Positions 8,044 through 17,334 of a DNA stretch of 19,856 bases are shown in pieces. Location of the stretch: assembly GCA_029856365.1 (NCBI GenBank), contig JAHQWW010000070.1:1-19856 (forward strand). Reading direction: 5' to 3'. The stretch is from Candidatus Hodarchaeota archaeon. GTDB taxonomy: Archaea; Asgardarchaeota; Heimdallarchaeia; Hodarchaeales; Hodarchaeaceae. The notes under the pieces are model-generated. The model searched no databases, had not been told where the DNA came from, and saw only the letters and a program-made list of their open reading frames with translations. Within the stretch, counting starts at the first letter, position 1. Each line of letters starts with the position of its first letter. The position numbers were made by a program, and so were the translations under genes.

Positions 8044-8340
8044 ATGAACCTGGAGAAAATCTCCACTTGTGGAGAAATATTATTCTCTGATGTAGTATAC
8101 TTAACAACTTGCCGGCTAACTAGTGTAAATAGGTACAGAGGAGACTCTATGTTTGGAATAGGAGCAGTTCTCATTCCAGTCCCAATCCTTAACTTCTGGT
8201 ACGATTATGGAAATGATGACTATGGATTTGATGGTAAATTTGCCATTCCCTATCCTAATTTACTGGCAGCCCCACTAATTATAGAACTGCATTATGCAAT
8301 TGGTGCATTTTCTACATCTTGGCTTACAATCCTAGCTTAA
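8044..8340 (+). CDS. hypothetical protein or gene remnant
   Basis: 98-aa ATG ORF with no recognisable motif. Confidence 0.3.
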   Translation: MNLEKISTCGEILFSDVVYLTTCRLTSVNRYRGDSMFGIGAVLIPVPILNFWYDYGNDDYGFDGKFAIPYPNLLAAPLIIELHYAIGAFSTSWLTILA

Positions 8341-8405
8341 AGTAATCTTGGTGAATTCATTGATAATTAAATTTATGCTACTACTCATAATTAATCCTCT
8401 TACTC

Positions 8406-8723
8406 TTATTCAATCAAAAAAATTTGTTTCTTCCATTTGTCTGCAAGAAGCTTAGCTTCTTTTTTCTTCAATCTGTCAACAATGATCTTGCCCACCTCTT
8501 CAGGATTTTCAAGATTCATGTGCTTAAAACTTTCTAACAGGACACTCGAGTCTTGGGAAATCACATCAGTGAGCATGTGGTCTAAACTCTGCCAAATAGC
8601 TAGTTCTACTAAATCCATCTCAGAAAAATCGGGTTCTTCCATTACTTTGCGGGCAACAGGTAAAAATCCTCTTATCCACCTCCATATCTCATCAGAGATG
8701 AAGACCTTATGTGCATCTTTCAA
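8406..8723 (-). CDS. hypothetical small helical protein
   Basis: 105-aa ORF, TTG start preceded by SD-like GAGGT, protein-like composition. Confidence 0.65.
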   Translation of the reverse strand: MKDAHKVFISDEIWRWIRGFLPVARKVMEEPDFSEMDLVELAIWQSLDHMLTDVISQDSSVLLESFKHMNLENPEEVGKIIVDRLKKKEAKLLADKWKKQIFLIE

Positions 8724-9291
8724 GGAAATAACCTCAATATTCCTTTTTTCACAACAAACACTTTCTCACAATTCAAGAAAACCCACTTCATCAGTACTAT
8801 ATTGTAAGAGTTGATATCAATATGTGGTGTCTTCGTGAGGGTCTCAAAGTAGGCTTCTTTCAGGGAGAAACGAATACAACATACACTTAGATAACTATCA
8901 AGCTTATCATTTAAAGCCAATAGAAATAAAAAATTACAAATTACCACGAAAAAACTGTTAAATATTTTTAGGACTATTTCAATATATTTACCAATTCTCC
9001 TGATTTAATCGACTCCTTCTTCTCTCCCATTATCCTTTTTGGGTTTGATTATTCATTAAAGAGGATTATAAGGTACCAATAAAAAGCAGCTATAATTGTA
9101 TCTTAACTCCTCATGGAGAGAGGTTCCTGAAAGTTTAGACAAGTCAATTGAAATTTACTTAAGTAAATTGTAGTAGTAGATTTTTCAACAAACTTCATAA
9201 AAAAAATTGTCATTTTTTTTCTCTATAGAATTTAAATAGTAATCTCGAAAGGAAAATGTGAGATCATTAGAAAACAAAGGAGGCGAAGAAA

Positions 9292-9783
9292 TTGGTAAAT
9301 GATCTTATTACAAGTATTGCAGCTTTTGGAGGGCTACTGTTAGGCTTTGTTGCGTTAATCCTTTCAATTTATAATACGTGGCAAAACCGAATTCGTGGGC
9401 CACAATTCAATCTTACAGAAGCTCTTGTAACAAAAAGACACCACGACAATATCGATGTAATAATTCTCATCCAAAATATCGGGGATCGAATGGGATATTT
9501 GAGATGGGAACGTATCATCATTAAATTAAGTAAACAAGAAATAGGATCAAGCAGTCCAATGACGTTTGACTGGGAAGCACAACCAGATACACAGACAAAA
9601 AAACGATTTTTATTCCCGATACCTGAAGCAAAAGATTTAGCTGGTGCGATCTTTGTAGCTAATGGCGTTTTTTCAAGTCATAAAGGAAAGATGGTTACGG
9701 AGGTATGGGAAGTTCCTCTTATTGGAAAAATTGACCCTTTACCAAACAATTGGACATCTCGGATCCCATCACCATTCGATTAA
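9292..9783 (+). CDS. hypothetical membrane-anchored protein (N-terminal TM + beta-rich domain)
   Basis: GGAGG upstream of TTG; TM at about aa 8-28; IQNIGD motif resembles Ig/CARDB-like strands. Confidence 0.7.
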   Translation: MVNDLITSIAAFGGLLLGFVALILSIYNTWQNRIRGPQFNLTEALVTKRHHDNIDVIILIQNIGDRMGYLRWERIIIKLSKQEIGSSSPMTFDWEAQPDTQTKKRFLFPIPEAKDLAGAIFVANGVFSSHKGKMVTEVWEVPLIGKIDPLPNNWTSRIPSPFD

Positions 9784-9828
9784 TACAATAAAATCGGAGG
9801 ATTTGCTATACCAACATTTCAAGAGAAT

Positions 9829-10247
9829 TTGAAAAATCACTTAGAGAAGATTTTCAGAAATAGATCTGTTGATAATAGTGAACTTGTTCACTTAATGGTT
9901 TTAACAAGACAAATTCTTGAGTCAAGAAATTTAAAGGGGGGAATTATGAATTATTGTATTTTTACAGCCATTGATGCCTTCATTCGGAAATATCACATTC
10001 TCCAAAACGTTATGAAATATTTTCAAAAACAACTGACGTTTTGGTAGACGAGCGTTCAAGTACTGATATGAAGAAAATCATTTTACGCATCTCAGAGAGC
10101 TGATCATTCCCAAAGTTACGACGTAAGCTCACTGATCTTTACAAATCATTATATCTTCCTCTATTTCTATTTGAGAATAATGAGGCTTGGAAGAGTTTTC
10201 TTAGTGTTTATCTATCAACAATATTAGAAACCTTCTTGCTTCTTTAA
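9829..10247 (+). pseudogene. frameshifted hypothetical protein
   Basis: After the G6 run (9936-9941) a shifted frame reads NYELLYFYSH*CLHSEIS...ISES*SFPKLRRKLTDLYKSLYLPLFLFENNEAWKSFLSVYLSTILETFLLL*, with TGA at 9972 and 10101. Confidence 0.55.
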
Positions 10248-10325
10248 GAGAGAAATTGCATTAGCAATTAATGGTACTAATTGATTATTCAGTCAAGAAA
10301 GAAAAATCTGAAGAAAGAAAAGATC

Positions 10326-11936
10326 TTAATTCCTTTCATTCTTCCTACATAGTAAAATGAATACAGTTAAGGACACTAGAAGAATAAGCGAAGTTAAACC
10401 TGGGGACACTTGAGGTATTGATATTGTAGTGGTTGTTGTACTTGTTGTTTTAGTGTATTCGGTTGTACTCGAAGATTTAGTAGTAGTTGGAGGTTCTGTG
10501 ATGGTGGTTGGGGATTCAGTAGTAGTAGTGGTTGAGGGTTCCGTAGAGGTGGTAGTTGAGGGTTCCGTAGTAGTAGTAGTAGTAGTAGTAGTGGTTGAGG
10601 GTTCTGTAGAGGTGGTAGTTGGGGGCTCAGTAGTGGTAGTTATATCCGATACTTGAGGATCAGTCCCATTTAGATATTCATCATAATTTGAAACACCATC
10701 ATTATCTGGATCCTCATTTGCATCATTTATCTTATGATTCAATCCATTCAGAATTTCCCAAATATCAGGTAGATTATCGGAATCCATGTCCAACTGGTTT
10801 ACTCTTGGTTTCATATCTACATTATTACTACTCCCTAAAATGTAAAAAGGATCATCAACATAACCATCAGAATTCATATCAGCTGTACTGGAATGAGTAC
10901 CCCAATAATTTTTTGAAAATATATTTGATGTACCGTTATCCAACGCATCAATTGTATTCCCAAAATAATCATTCATTGTTATATTCATGTTTTCAGCATC
11001 AATGCTTAGACGCGTTCCATACTGATTATTAATGAAATAATTAAATGAGAAATTCGCCAATCTCTTCTTTCGATTGTCAAAAGCCTCTACTTCTAGGCCA
11101 TATTCATTGTTCAAAAGGATATTTGACTTATAGATATTATTCTCTGCCCAGTTTCTAAGGTAAATCCCATAGGTTTTATCAGATACGATATTGTCGGTAA
11201 AGTTATTATTATTCGACAGATTAGGATTAAGTCCTCTTGTACCAAACGATGGGGAGGATGTTTCTAATCTGTTTCCTGTTATGATATTATTGTTAGAATA
11301 AAGTAGGTACAGACTGTAATAGTTTGAGGTAACATTATTGAAATCAACTCGATTGAAATGAGAGGTGTGTAAGTATAGTCCATTGTTGCTATTAATTAAC
11401 GTGTTATTCACAATGCTATTGTAATCTGAATATTGTAACTCAATTCCCCAATACGAGGTGTTTATGTAGTTATTGCTTACAATCATGTATTGGGATTCGA
11501 TTATTTTAATACCTTCCTCTAAAGTATTATTCTCAATTACAGAGGTTGTAACATTTGTTAATTCAATTCCCATGGGTGTTGAAGGAACTCCATTAAGGAT
11601 GTTATTAAAAATCTTAAAGCTCAATGAAACGTTATGGATTTCTATTAAAATGGATGATCCTCTAATATTCAAACCTTCGATTATATAGGGTTTGGATATT
11701 GATCCATCTCCCGATAAACCTTCATTGTTTGCGTAATCGATTAATTCATCATCCCCAACGATGTATATTGGAGCATGATCTATGAAACTGATGCTATTGA
11801 GATTAAATGATTTAACCTCATTATTCTCCTCTACGTCTGATTGAATCATATTTTGTATTCCATTAATTGAAATAATCAATAACATTATTAAAACAATAAG
11901 TAATTTATTTCTTGAATTTCTTCTTTCACTAACCAT
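10326..11936 (-). CDS. cell-surface NosD/CASH-type parallel beta-helix protein with Ca-binding DxDxD repeats, Thr-rich linker and C-terminal anchor
   Basis: Likely start ATG 11936 with GGAG upstream; signal peptide; HAPIYI..D and GDGS..KPYIIE cap; repeated GI.L..S..N.I..N; DMDSDNLPDIWE and DPDNDGVSNYDEY; poly-Thr; SPGLT-TM-RKNERN. Confidence 0.85.
   Translation of the reverse strand: MVSERRNSRNKLLIVLIMLLIISINGIQNMIQSDVEENNEVKSFNLNSISFIDHAPIYIVGDDELIDYANNEGLSGDGSISKPYIIEGLNIRGSSILIEIHNVSLSFKIFNNILNGVPSTPMGIELTNVTTSVIENNTLEEGIKIIESQYMIVSNNYINTSYWGIELQYSDYNSIVNNTLINSNNGLYLHTSHFNRVDFNNVTSNYYSLYLLYSNNNIITGNRLETSSPSFGTRGLNPNLSNNNNFTDNIVSDKTYGIYLRNWAENNIYKSNILLNNEYGLEVEAFDNRKKRLANFSFNYFINNQYGTRLSIDAENMNITMNDYFGNTIDALDNGTSNIFSKNYWGTHSSTADMNSDGYVDDPFYILGSSNNVDMKPRVNQLDMDSDNLPDIWEILNGLNHKINDANEDPDNDGVSNYDEYLNGTDPQVSDITTTTEPPTTTSTEPSTTTTTTTTTTEPSTTTSTEPSTTTTTESPTTITEPPTTTKSSSTTEYTKTTSTTTTTISIPQVSPGLTSLILLVSLTVFILLCRKNERN
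10494..10640 (-). repeat. intragenic tandem repeats encoding the Thr/Glu/Pro linker
   Basis: (GTA)8 at 10567-10590 and a ~40-bp direct repeat (about 10518-10558 and 10581-10621) encoding TTTSTEPSTTTTT. Confidence 0.85.
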
Positions 11937-12412
11937 AGTTACATCTCCTTTACTTCCACAAAGGTGAATGTCAGTCAATAATGTCAGACAAACTTCGTGT
12001 TATAAAAATGAAGTCATATTACTCGAAATTGTTACTTTCTTTCACCAGATTCATCATTCATTCCCTCTTTCGGGGTTCTTTTCTGAATGAATTCTGTTCA
12101 AACCACTCAGTATCAACTTATGGTCGAAGTCATCATCCCGCCATTCCTTTTAGGGGAGAAATGTTAATCTGAAGTAATGTTTGAAAACTGATAATCTAGG
12201 AGATAAAATATCCTTCATTTTTATTTGATTTTAGAATGATTTATGTATTAATCCCTCTATTTCTTCATAAGAAGTGTTTATTTTCTTTATGGGTCTTTTC
12301 ATAACAGTTATGTTGTAATCAAAGGTAATAGATCATCACAGAACTATTCAGTAAAAGTTGGATGGGAAATCTTAAAGATGGGGACTATTAATTTGAGGAA
12401 TAGGATATCAAA

Positions 12413-12868
12413 ATGCGCCAAGCACCTCTTCTCCATGTTTTAGGCTGTTTTATTGGCTTTATATTCATGATTCTCGCAACTGTTCTTGGAGATGTTCAAC
12501 TATCACTATTAGGATCTAATTTATTCATTTTGACATGGCTATTGTTTAGTTTACGCGAACTTCTAATATTTTTAGTGATTTTATGGCAACAAACAAAAGA
12601 TAAAGGTGTTTTCCTCATCGTTGGCTTAAGAGCTGGTTTCCTGGTTGACTTCGTGTTTTTCTATACGATTATGACAGGGATCACCTTTGATGTCCCGCCT
12701 TTTTCTGTCTTGGAACATAATCCCACTTGGTATATGATTGGTATAACGCTCCCAGTGATTCTATTACTCGGGATAGGAATGGTTTGGCTGATTGCAGAAC
12801 AAAAATTATCTCCAACTCTACCCATTGGTAAAGGTTGGGTTTCTCAGTGGCCATTTAATAAAAATTGA
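12413..12868 (+). CDS. hypothetical membrane protein (about 4 TM)
   Basis: 151-aa hydrophobic ORF, ATG start with GAGGA upstream. Confidence 0.7.
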   Translation: MRQAPLLHVLGCFIGFIFMILATVLGDVQLSLLGSNLFILTWLLFSLRELLIFLVILWQQTKDKGVFLIVGLRAGFLVDFVFFYTIMTGITFDVPPFSVLEHNPTWYMIGITLPVILLLGIGMVWLIAEQKLSPTLPIGKGWVSQWPFNKN

Positions 12869-12879
12869 TTACCTAGAGG

Positions 12880-13086
12880 AAAAACTCAAATGATAGAATG
12901 AGAATCAAACCTAATCTCGTTAGAAGAGACTACTACAACAAAGATACTAAATCAATTATTGATACAATCACATTGAAACGACTAAAAGCAAAAGGAACTG
13001 CTTTGATAAAGATGGTTATTGTTTCACGACCTCTTTCTATTCACATTTTTTATAATTCGGTAATTGTTGCATTCTTTCTATTTTAA
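12880..13086 (+). pseudogene. truncated paralogue of the 5' part of gene 2497-2985
   Basis: 12904-13082 versus 2536-2714: about 25 mismatches in 179 nt, no indels; stops within the first TM helix. Confidence 0.8.
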
Positions 13087-13122
13087 TTTATTGAAAAAGC
13101 ATATACTAAATCCAGTAGTAGT

Positions 13123-15069
13123 TTAATATGATAATATATGTTCTTCAGACATTTGAAGAGCCGTAAGTGCTTTCTCTGATATGTAGACTCTTGTAATATC
13201 ATGGTGTGTTATCCACCCAATTAACTCAGGGAACTCGTTTTTCTGACTTAGAGGTTTGATTACCACAGGAAGACGTGAAATATCTTTACTTTCCATAATA
13301 TGAACAGCATGCAGTAAAGTTGCATCCTTGTGGATGCAAATAAGAGGTCTCTTCTTCGTTATTAATACATCAAATACATTCCAATCTTTTGGAGAGCTAT
13401 GCAATGCATCTTGAACATCTCCTAGTGTTATTACACCAAGTAGCTTATCTTGTTCAACTATAGGAAATCCTTCGTGACGGGTAGTTCGGACAAGCTCCAT
13501 AACTGTTTCTAATCTTGTCTTGGTATCTACCACAATCAATTTTTCCCTTGGGGTCATTGCTTCTTCAACAGTGATTGTCTCAAGGACATCAGCAAGAGGT
13601 TCCTGTAAGACAACACCTCTCCGAATGAGTTTCAAAGTATAAATATTGTCTTTTTCAAGAACAACGGAAATAAGCCAGCTTATTGAAACGACCACCATCA
13701 GAGGAATAGTTAAAAAATAATCCCCCGTCATTTCTGCAGTCATAATAATGGCTGTTAGCGGTGCACGACCTGTTCCTGCAAAAAACGCAGCCATTCCCAA
13801 TAAAGCGAGTAGAGAAATTGGAACATTAGCTATAATAATGATATCATCGACTATTATTCCAAATATTGCTCCTAACATAACACCCAAAAATAAAGTTGGA
13901 GCAAATACTCCTCCTGAACCACCAGTACCAATTGTAAAAACAGTGCTAAGTGCTTTTAGGATAAATAATAAAATTAATACACTGAGAACTAGAAAAACAG
14001 ATCCTTGTATTAATGAACCTTGAAAAATGGCATCCATGGGAAGATAAGTACGCCCCATAATTGTAAATGATTCCCATTGATCACCTACAAAGAAGAATGT
14101 TAATACTAGCATCGACCCCACTAAAGCTCCCCCAATAGCTGGTTGCACGATATCAGGAATGTTTAACTTTTCAAATATGTATTCTAATATGTCCTCTGCT
14201 TTATAAAAGAATTTAATCCACAATGCAGAGCCAATTCCACAAATTAAGCCCAGAACTACAAAAAGAGGGATTAAATACGGTTCATGATATTCTAAAGCAG
14301 GAAATCCAGAGAAAGCCGGATTTGTTCCTAGTAATAATTGCCCTGTGACCACCCCAACAACAGCTGCTACAACTATTGGAATCAACAACCCCGTTACGCT
14401 CCCTCCTCCCATTAATATTTCTAAGGCAAATAACGATCCCCCGATAGGCGCATTAAACGTAGATGCTATTCCTGCTGCGACTCCAGAAACAACTAATGTC
14501 CGCAGTTCTTTGGGAGAAAGGTCTAATTTTTGTCCCACTAATGAAGCAAACCCAGCTCCTATCTGAGCGATCGGTCCTTCTCGTCCTGCTGATCCACCGG
14601 AGCCAATTGTTGTTGCAGAAGCAATGATCTTAATGAATGGAATCCTTAAATTCATTTTTCCATTTTTTAAAGCCACAGACTCTAGAACTTCTGGAACACC
14701 ATGCCCTTTCGTTTCTTTTGATACTCGAGAGGTAAGATAACCGACGATTAATCCACCAATAATTGGTGCGAGAAGGAACGGTATCCAGGTTATGTAAGAT
14801 AGTGCTAGAGTGTTCAATACACGCATTGGTAGAGAATAAAAAACCTCATAGATAAGAGTAATCGCTAATCGAAAAACCCATGAGCCCAATCCTCCTATTA
14901 TACCTACTCCGATTGCAAGAATATTTAATTTAATTAAAGGAGGCAGATTTTTACTTTTTTTTCGTAAGTATGCTTTAATTCTACCAAATGCTTTATCTTC
15001 TTGGAATAAATCCTTTATGACTCCTTTTTTCGTTGTAAAATGCCTCCAAAAGAATATACTCGTTTCCAC
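13123..15069 (-). CDS. ClC family chloride channel/transporter with C-terminal CBS pair
   Basis: GHGVPE, GSAGREGP, FNAPIGG, GGVFAP, APLTAIIMTAEMTG, IY motifs; two CBS domains (HEGFPIV..LLGVIT, ISRLPVV..LIGWIT); start position uncertain. Confidence 0.93.
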   Translation of the reverse strand: METSIFFWRHFTTKKGVIKDLFQEDKAFGRIKAYLRKKSKNLPPLIKLNILAIGVGIIGGLGSWVFRLAITLIYEVFYSLPMRVLNTLALSYITWIPFLLAPIIGGLIVGYLTSRVSKETKGHGVPEVLESVALKNGKMNLRIPFIKIIASATTIGSGGSAGREGPIAQIGAGFASLVGQKLDLSPKELRTLVVSGVAAGIASTFNAPIGGSLFALEILMGGGSVTGLLIPIVVAAVVGVVTGQLLLGTNPAFSGFPALEYHEPYLIPLFVVLGLICGIGSALWIKFFYKAEDILEYIFEKLNIPDIVQPAIGGALVGSMLVLTFFFVGDQWESFTIMGRTYLPMDAIFQGSLIQGSVFLVLSVLILLFILKALSTVFTIGTGGSGGVFAPTLFLGVMLGAIFGIIVDDIIIIANVPISLLALLGMAAFFAGTGRAPLTAIIMTAEMTGDYFLTIPLMVVVSISWLISVVLEKDNIYTLKLIRRGVVLQEPLADVLETITVEEAMTPREKLIVVDTKTRLETVMELVRTTRHEGFPIVEQDKLLGVITLGDVQDALHSSPKDWNVFDVLITKKRPLICIHKDATLLHAVHIMESKDISRLPVVIKPLSQKNEFPELIGWITHHDITRVYISEKALTALQMSEEHILSY

Positions 15070-15533
15070 TTGTAACCAGGCGAAATTCTACTAAAATCCT
15101 CCTACTATTATTGAGGCTTAAAAAATCTTATCTCCCTATTATTTTCCTAAATTTATGAGTACTAAATTTGTATATTCTGCCTAGTACATAAAAGAATAAC
15201 AGGTTTATCTATCCAATAATACTTTTTACCATTTTTTCTCCTAGATATTCTATATAGGCGTGCCTTATAACCTTTGAGGGACAATAACTCAAAATAATCA
15301 AGATTAATTTTCAGAAAATGAAATCACTATTAGACATGTCTATATGATTCTAATCGATATATTAGTGTTATCGCAAATTTAGATATATGATTAAATTTAT
15401 ATAGGCCTGATTATATCACTTTCTTTACATGTTACCAGATTTTTTCATATAGATTGATGAAAAATTTAGCTTATTTCAGTTTAGACTTGCCTATATGGTA
15501 TTGAAGAATACTAGGTGAGATTGGAATATAAGG

Positions 15534-16241
15534 ATGCGCTTAAGGTTGCCAAAAGGTAACGCAGAAGTTACAGATCAAATGTTACACTCAAAATTAGAGT
15601 CATTTGAACGTCCTGTAACAATCAATGATCTTACCTCACGGTTAAATTGGAGTCGAGGGAAAGTTGACGGTGCCATCAATCGTTTGCAAGATAAGAACAA
15701 AGTAGCTGTGGTTAAAGTTTCATTACCGAAAGGTCAACGTCGGCGTTACATTGGTTTACCACATAAGGCTTATTGGCAACGATTTTATCAGAATATAATT
15801 GTTCAAGAAAAAAACATCCTTCTTAATGATCCTCTTGGAGTCCTAAAAGACTCTATACCTCAAACAAATCCTCTAAATACTTCTCTTGTTGAAGAGCTTC
15901 AAAAAACAGTTAACAATCTATATCGTACATTAGAAGATAGAGAATTGCAAATCAAATTTCTCAAACAGGAAGCTTTAGAAAATAGCGGACAAATAGATCC
16001 CATGATTATCAAGGTGATTAAGGAGCAACTAGATCTGATTACTACTGCAGCTAATCAACGCAACATTACACCTGCTGAACTGTTGAAATCTGGTATCCCT
16101 CAAATTGCTGATCCAAATTTTGATTTAATTACTAAGATTGTTACTGTTGTAATAAATGAAAGTCGATCTGAGGTCGATTCTATCGAGCGGACGGTGGCAC
16201 GTACTTTTCTTCGCCGTGCCCAAACTCTAGAACGTAGATGA
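15534..16241 (+). CDS. uncharacterised DNA-binding protein: N-terminal wHTH, coiled coil, possible C-terminal ribbon-helix-helix
   Basis: VTINDLTSRLNWSRGKVDGAINRL + wing; heptad segment VEELQKTVNNLYRTLEDRELQIKFLKQE; IIKVIKEQLDLITTAANQRNITPAELLKSGI. Confidence 0.7.
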   Translation: MRLRLPKGNAEVTDQMLHSKLESFERPVTINDLTSRLNWSRGKVDGAINRLQDKNKVAVVKVSLPKGQRRRYIGLPHKAYWQRFYQNIIVQEKNILLNDPLGVLKDSIPQTNPLNTSLVEELQKTVNNLYRTLEDRELQIKFLKQEALENSGQIDPMIIKVIKEQLDLITTAANQRNITPAELLKSGIPQIADPNFDLITKIVTVVINESRSEVDSIERTVARTFLRRAQTLERR

Positions 16242-16251
16242 GGTAAGTATA

Positions 16252-17292
16252 ATGTCTGATAGATTAGAACGAGAGACAATTAAGAAGCTTACTTCGGTTT
16301 CAAGCGTACTGAAGAATCCTTATAAAAATCTAGAAGATATCCTTATACAATTGGGAGAAATAGATGAAATTTCACGATATAAAAGGGAAGGGGTATATGA
16401 GAAAGAATTAGAATTCCACACGGTTGGCGAAAAAGCGAGAAAAGCGCTCATTGAGGTTGAAGAAGAGGTTAACAATCCAAGTGAAAGCTTAACCAAGGTA
16501 TTAAGAGATCTTGGTGAGATGTTCAAAGTTTGTGGTATTTGTGGCAAGGGAATCATGGATAATGAGCTTGTTTCAGGCGTTTGTTTTGATTGTTATCGTA
16601 AAGGGGAAGTGATACACGCGCAAAATATAAAAATAGGGGAATTGGAAGCTCAAGTAAGAAATATGGAGTCCAAATTAGGAAATTCACCCCCACGAGATTA
16701 TATGAGTGACATTATTGATGAAATTCTTGTAACTATCCGAAAGGATATTGAACACGATCTTAAATCAATAAAAAGTGGCTTATCTTCTACTCAGAAAATT
16801 CAATCTCCTCCGTCACCTCCTCCTCCTCCAAAAACAAACGCTTGGGAAAATGGAATTATTAATTCTCATGATCTCGATTTTTCTAATATGAGTCTGGCAG
16901 AATTAAAAAAGTATACACCAAAATTTCTCTCTGAATTACCTCTTTCCCAGCGGAATCAGTATAATACTCGCTTAAAAGAATTGCAATTATTAGAAAAGAT
17001 GTCACAGAAGCAGAAAAAGGAATACTTTCGAAAAAAGAGAAAGGAACAAGAGGAAGCTACGAATTTAGATGAGTTAAGGGATTCATTGAAAAATTTAAGT
17101 GAATCAGATAATCCTTTGTTTTTGAAAATGAAACAGCAAGCTGAAAAATCAGTTCTAGCAGGGCAAGGCACCTTAGGTAATTTTGGGCTGAAAGAAATAT
17201 TCGTTAATTGTCATAAATGCAATACAACAAATAAGATAATAGAAGGTAAAAAAGCTCGATGTAAAAAATGTCGTGCTACTTTAAGAACGTGA
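16252..17292 (+). CDS. uncharacterised protein with two C4 zinc-binding motifs, coiled coils and a polyproline tract
   Basis: CGIC-x12-CFDC; IKIGELEAQVRNMESKL; SPPSPPPPPK; C-terminal CHKC-x13-CKKC; SD-like GAGGT at the upstream stop codon. Confidence 0.8.
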   Translation: MSDRLERETIKKLTSVSSVLKNPYKNLEDILIQLGEIDEISRYKREGVYEKELEFHTVGEKARKALIEVEEEVNNPSESLTKVLRDLGEMFKVCGICGKGIMDNELVSGVCFDCYRKGEVIHAQNIKIGELEAQVRNMESKLGNSPPRDYMSDIIDEILVTIRKDIEHDLKSIKSGLSSTQKIQSPPSPPPPPKTNAWENGIINSHDLDFSNMSLAELKKYTPKFLSELPLSQRNQYNTRLKELQLLEKMSQKQKKEYFRKKRKEQEEATNLDELRDSLKNLSESDNPLFLKMKQQAEKSVLAGQGTLGNFGLKEIFVNCHKCNTTNKIIEGKKARCKKCRATLRT

Positions 17293-17334
17293 AATTCAGT
17301 ATTCAAATATTTCACTAATTAAGAAGTACATATA

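Noticed and set aside
7619-8174. ORFs 7619-7882 (+), 7669-7926 (-), 7824-8174 (-)
   Set aside because: Off-frame or antisense shadows of the surface-protein pseudogene and repeat R5
9972-10103. TGA recoding (alternative genetic code)
   Set aside because: TGA is the normal stop of several intact genes here (5596, 16241, 17292) and TGG encodes Trp throughout
10429-11688. ORFs 10429-10656, 10688-11032, 11473-11688 (+)
   Set aside because: Antisense to the beta-helix gene; the poly-Val is the mirror of the Thr repeats
8720-12172. ORFs 8720-8947 (-) and 11981-12172 (+)
   Set aside because: Short, atypical composition, no motif or translation signal; cannot be supported
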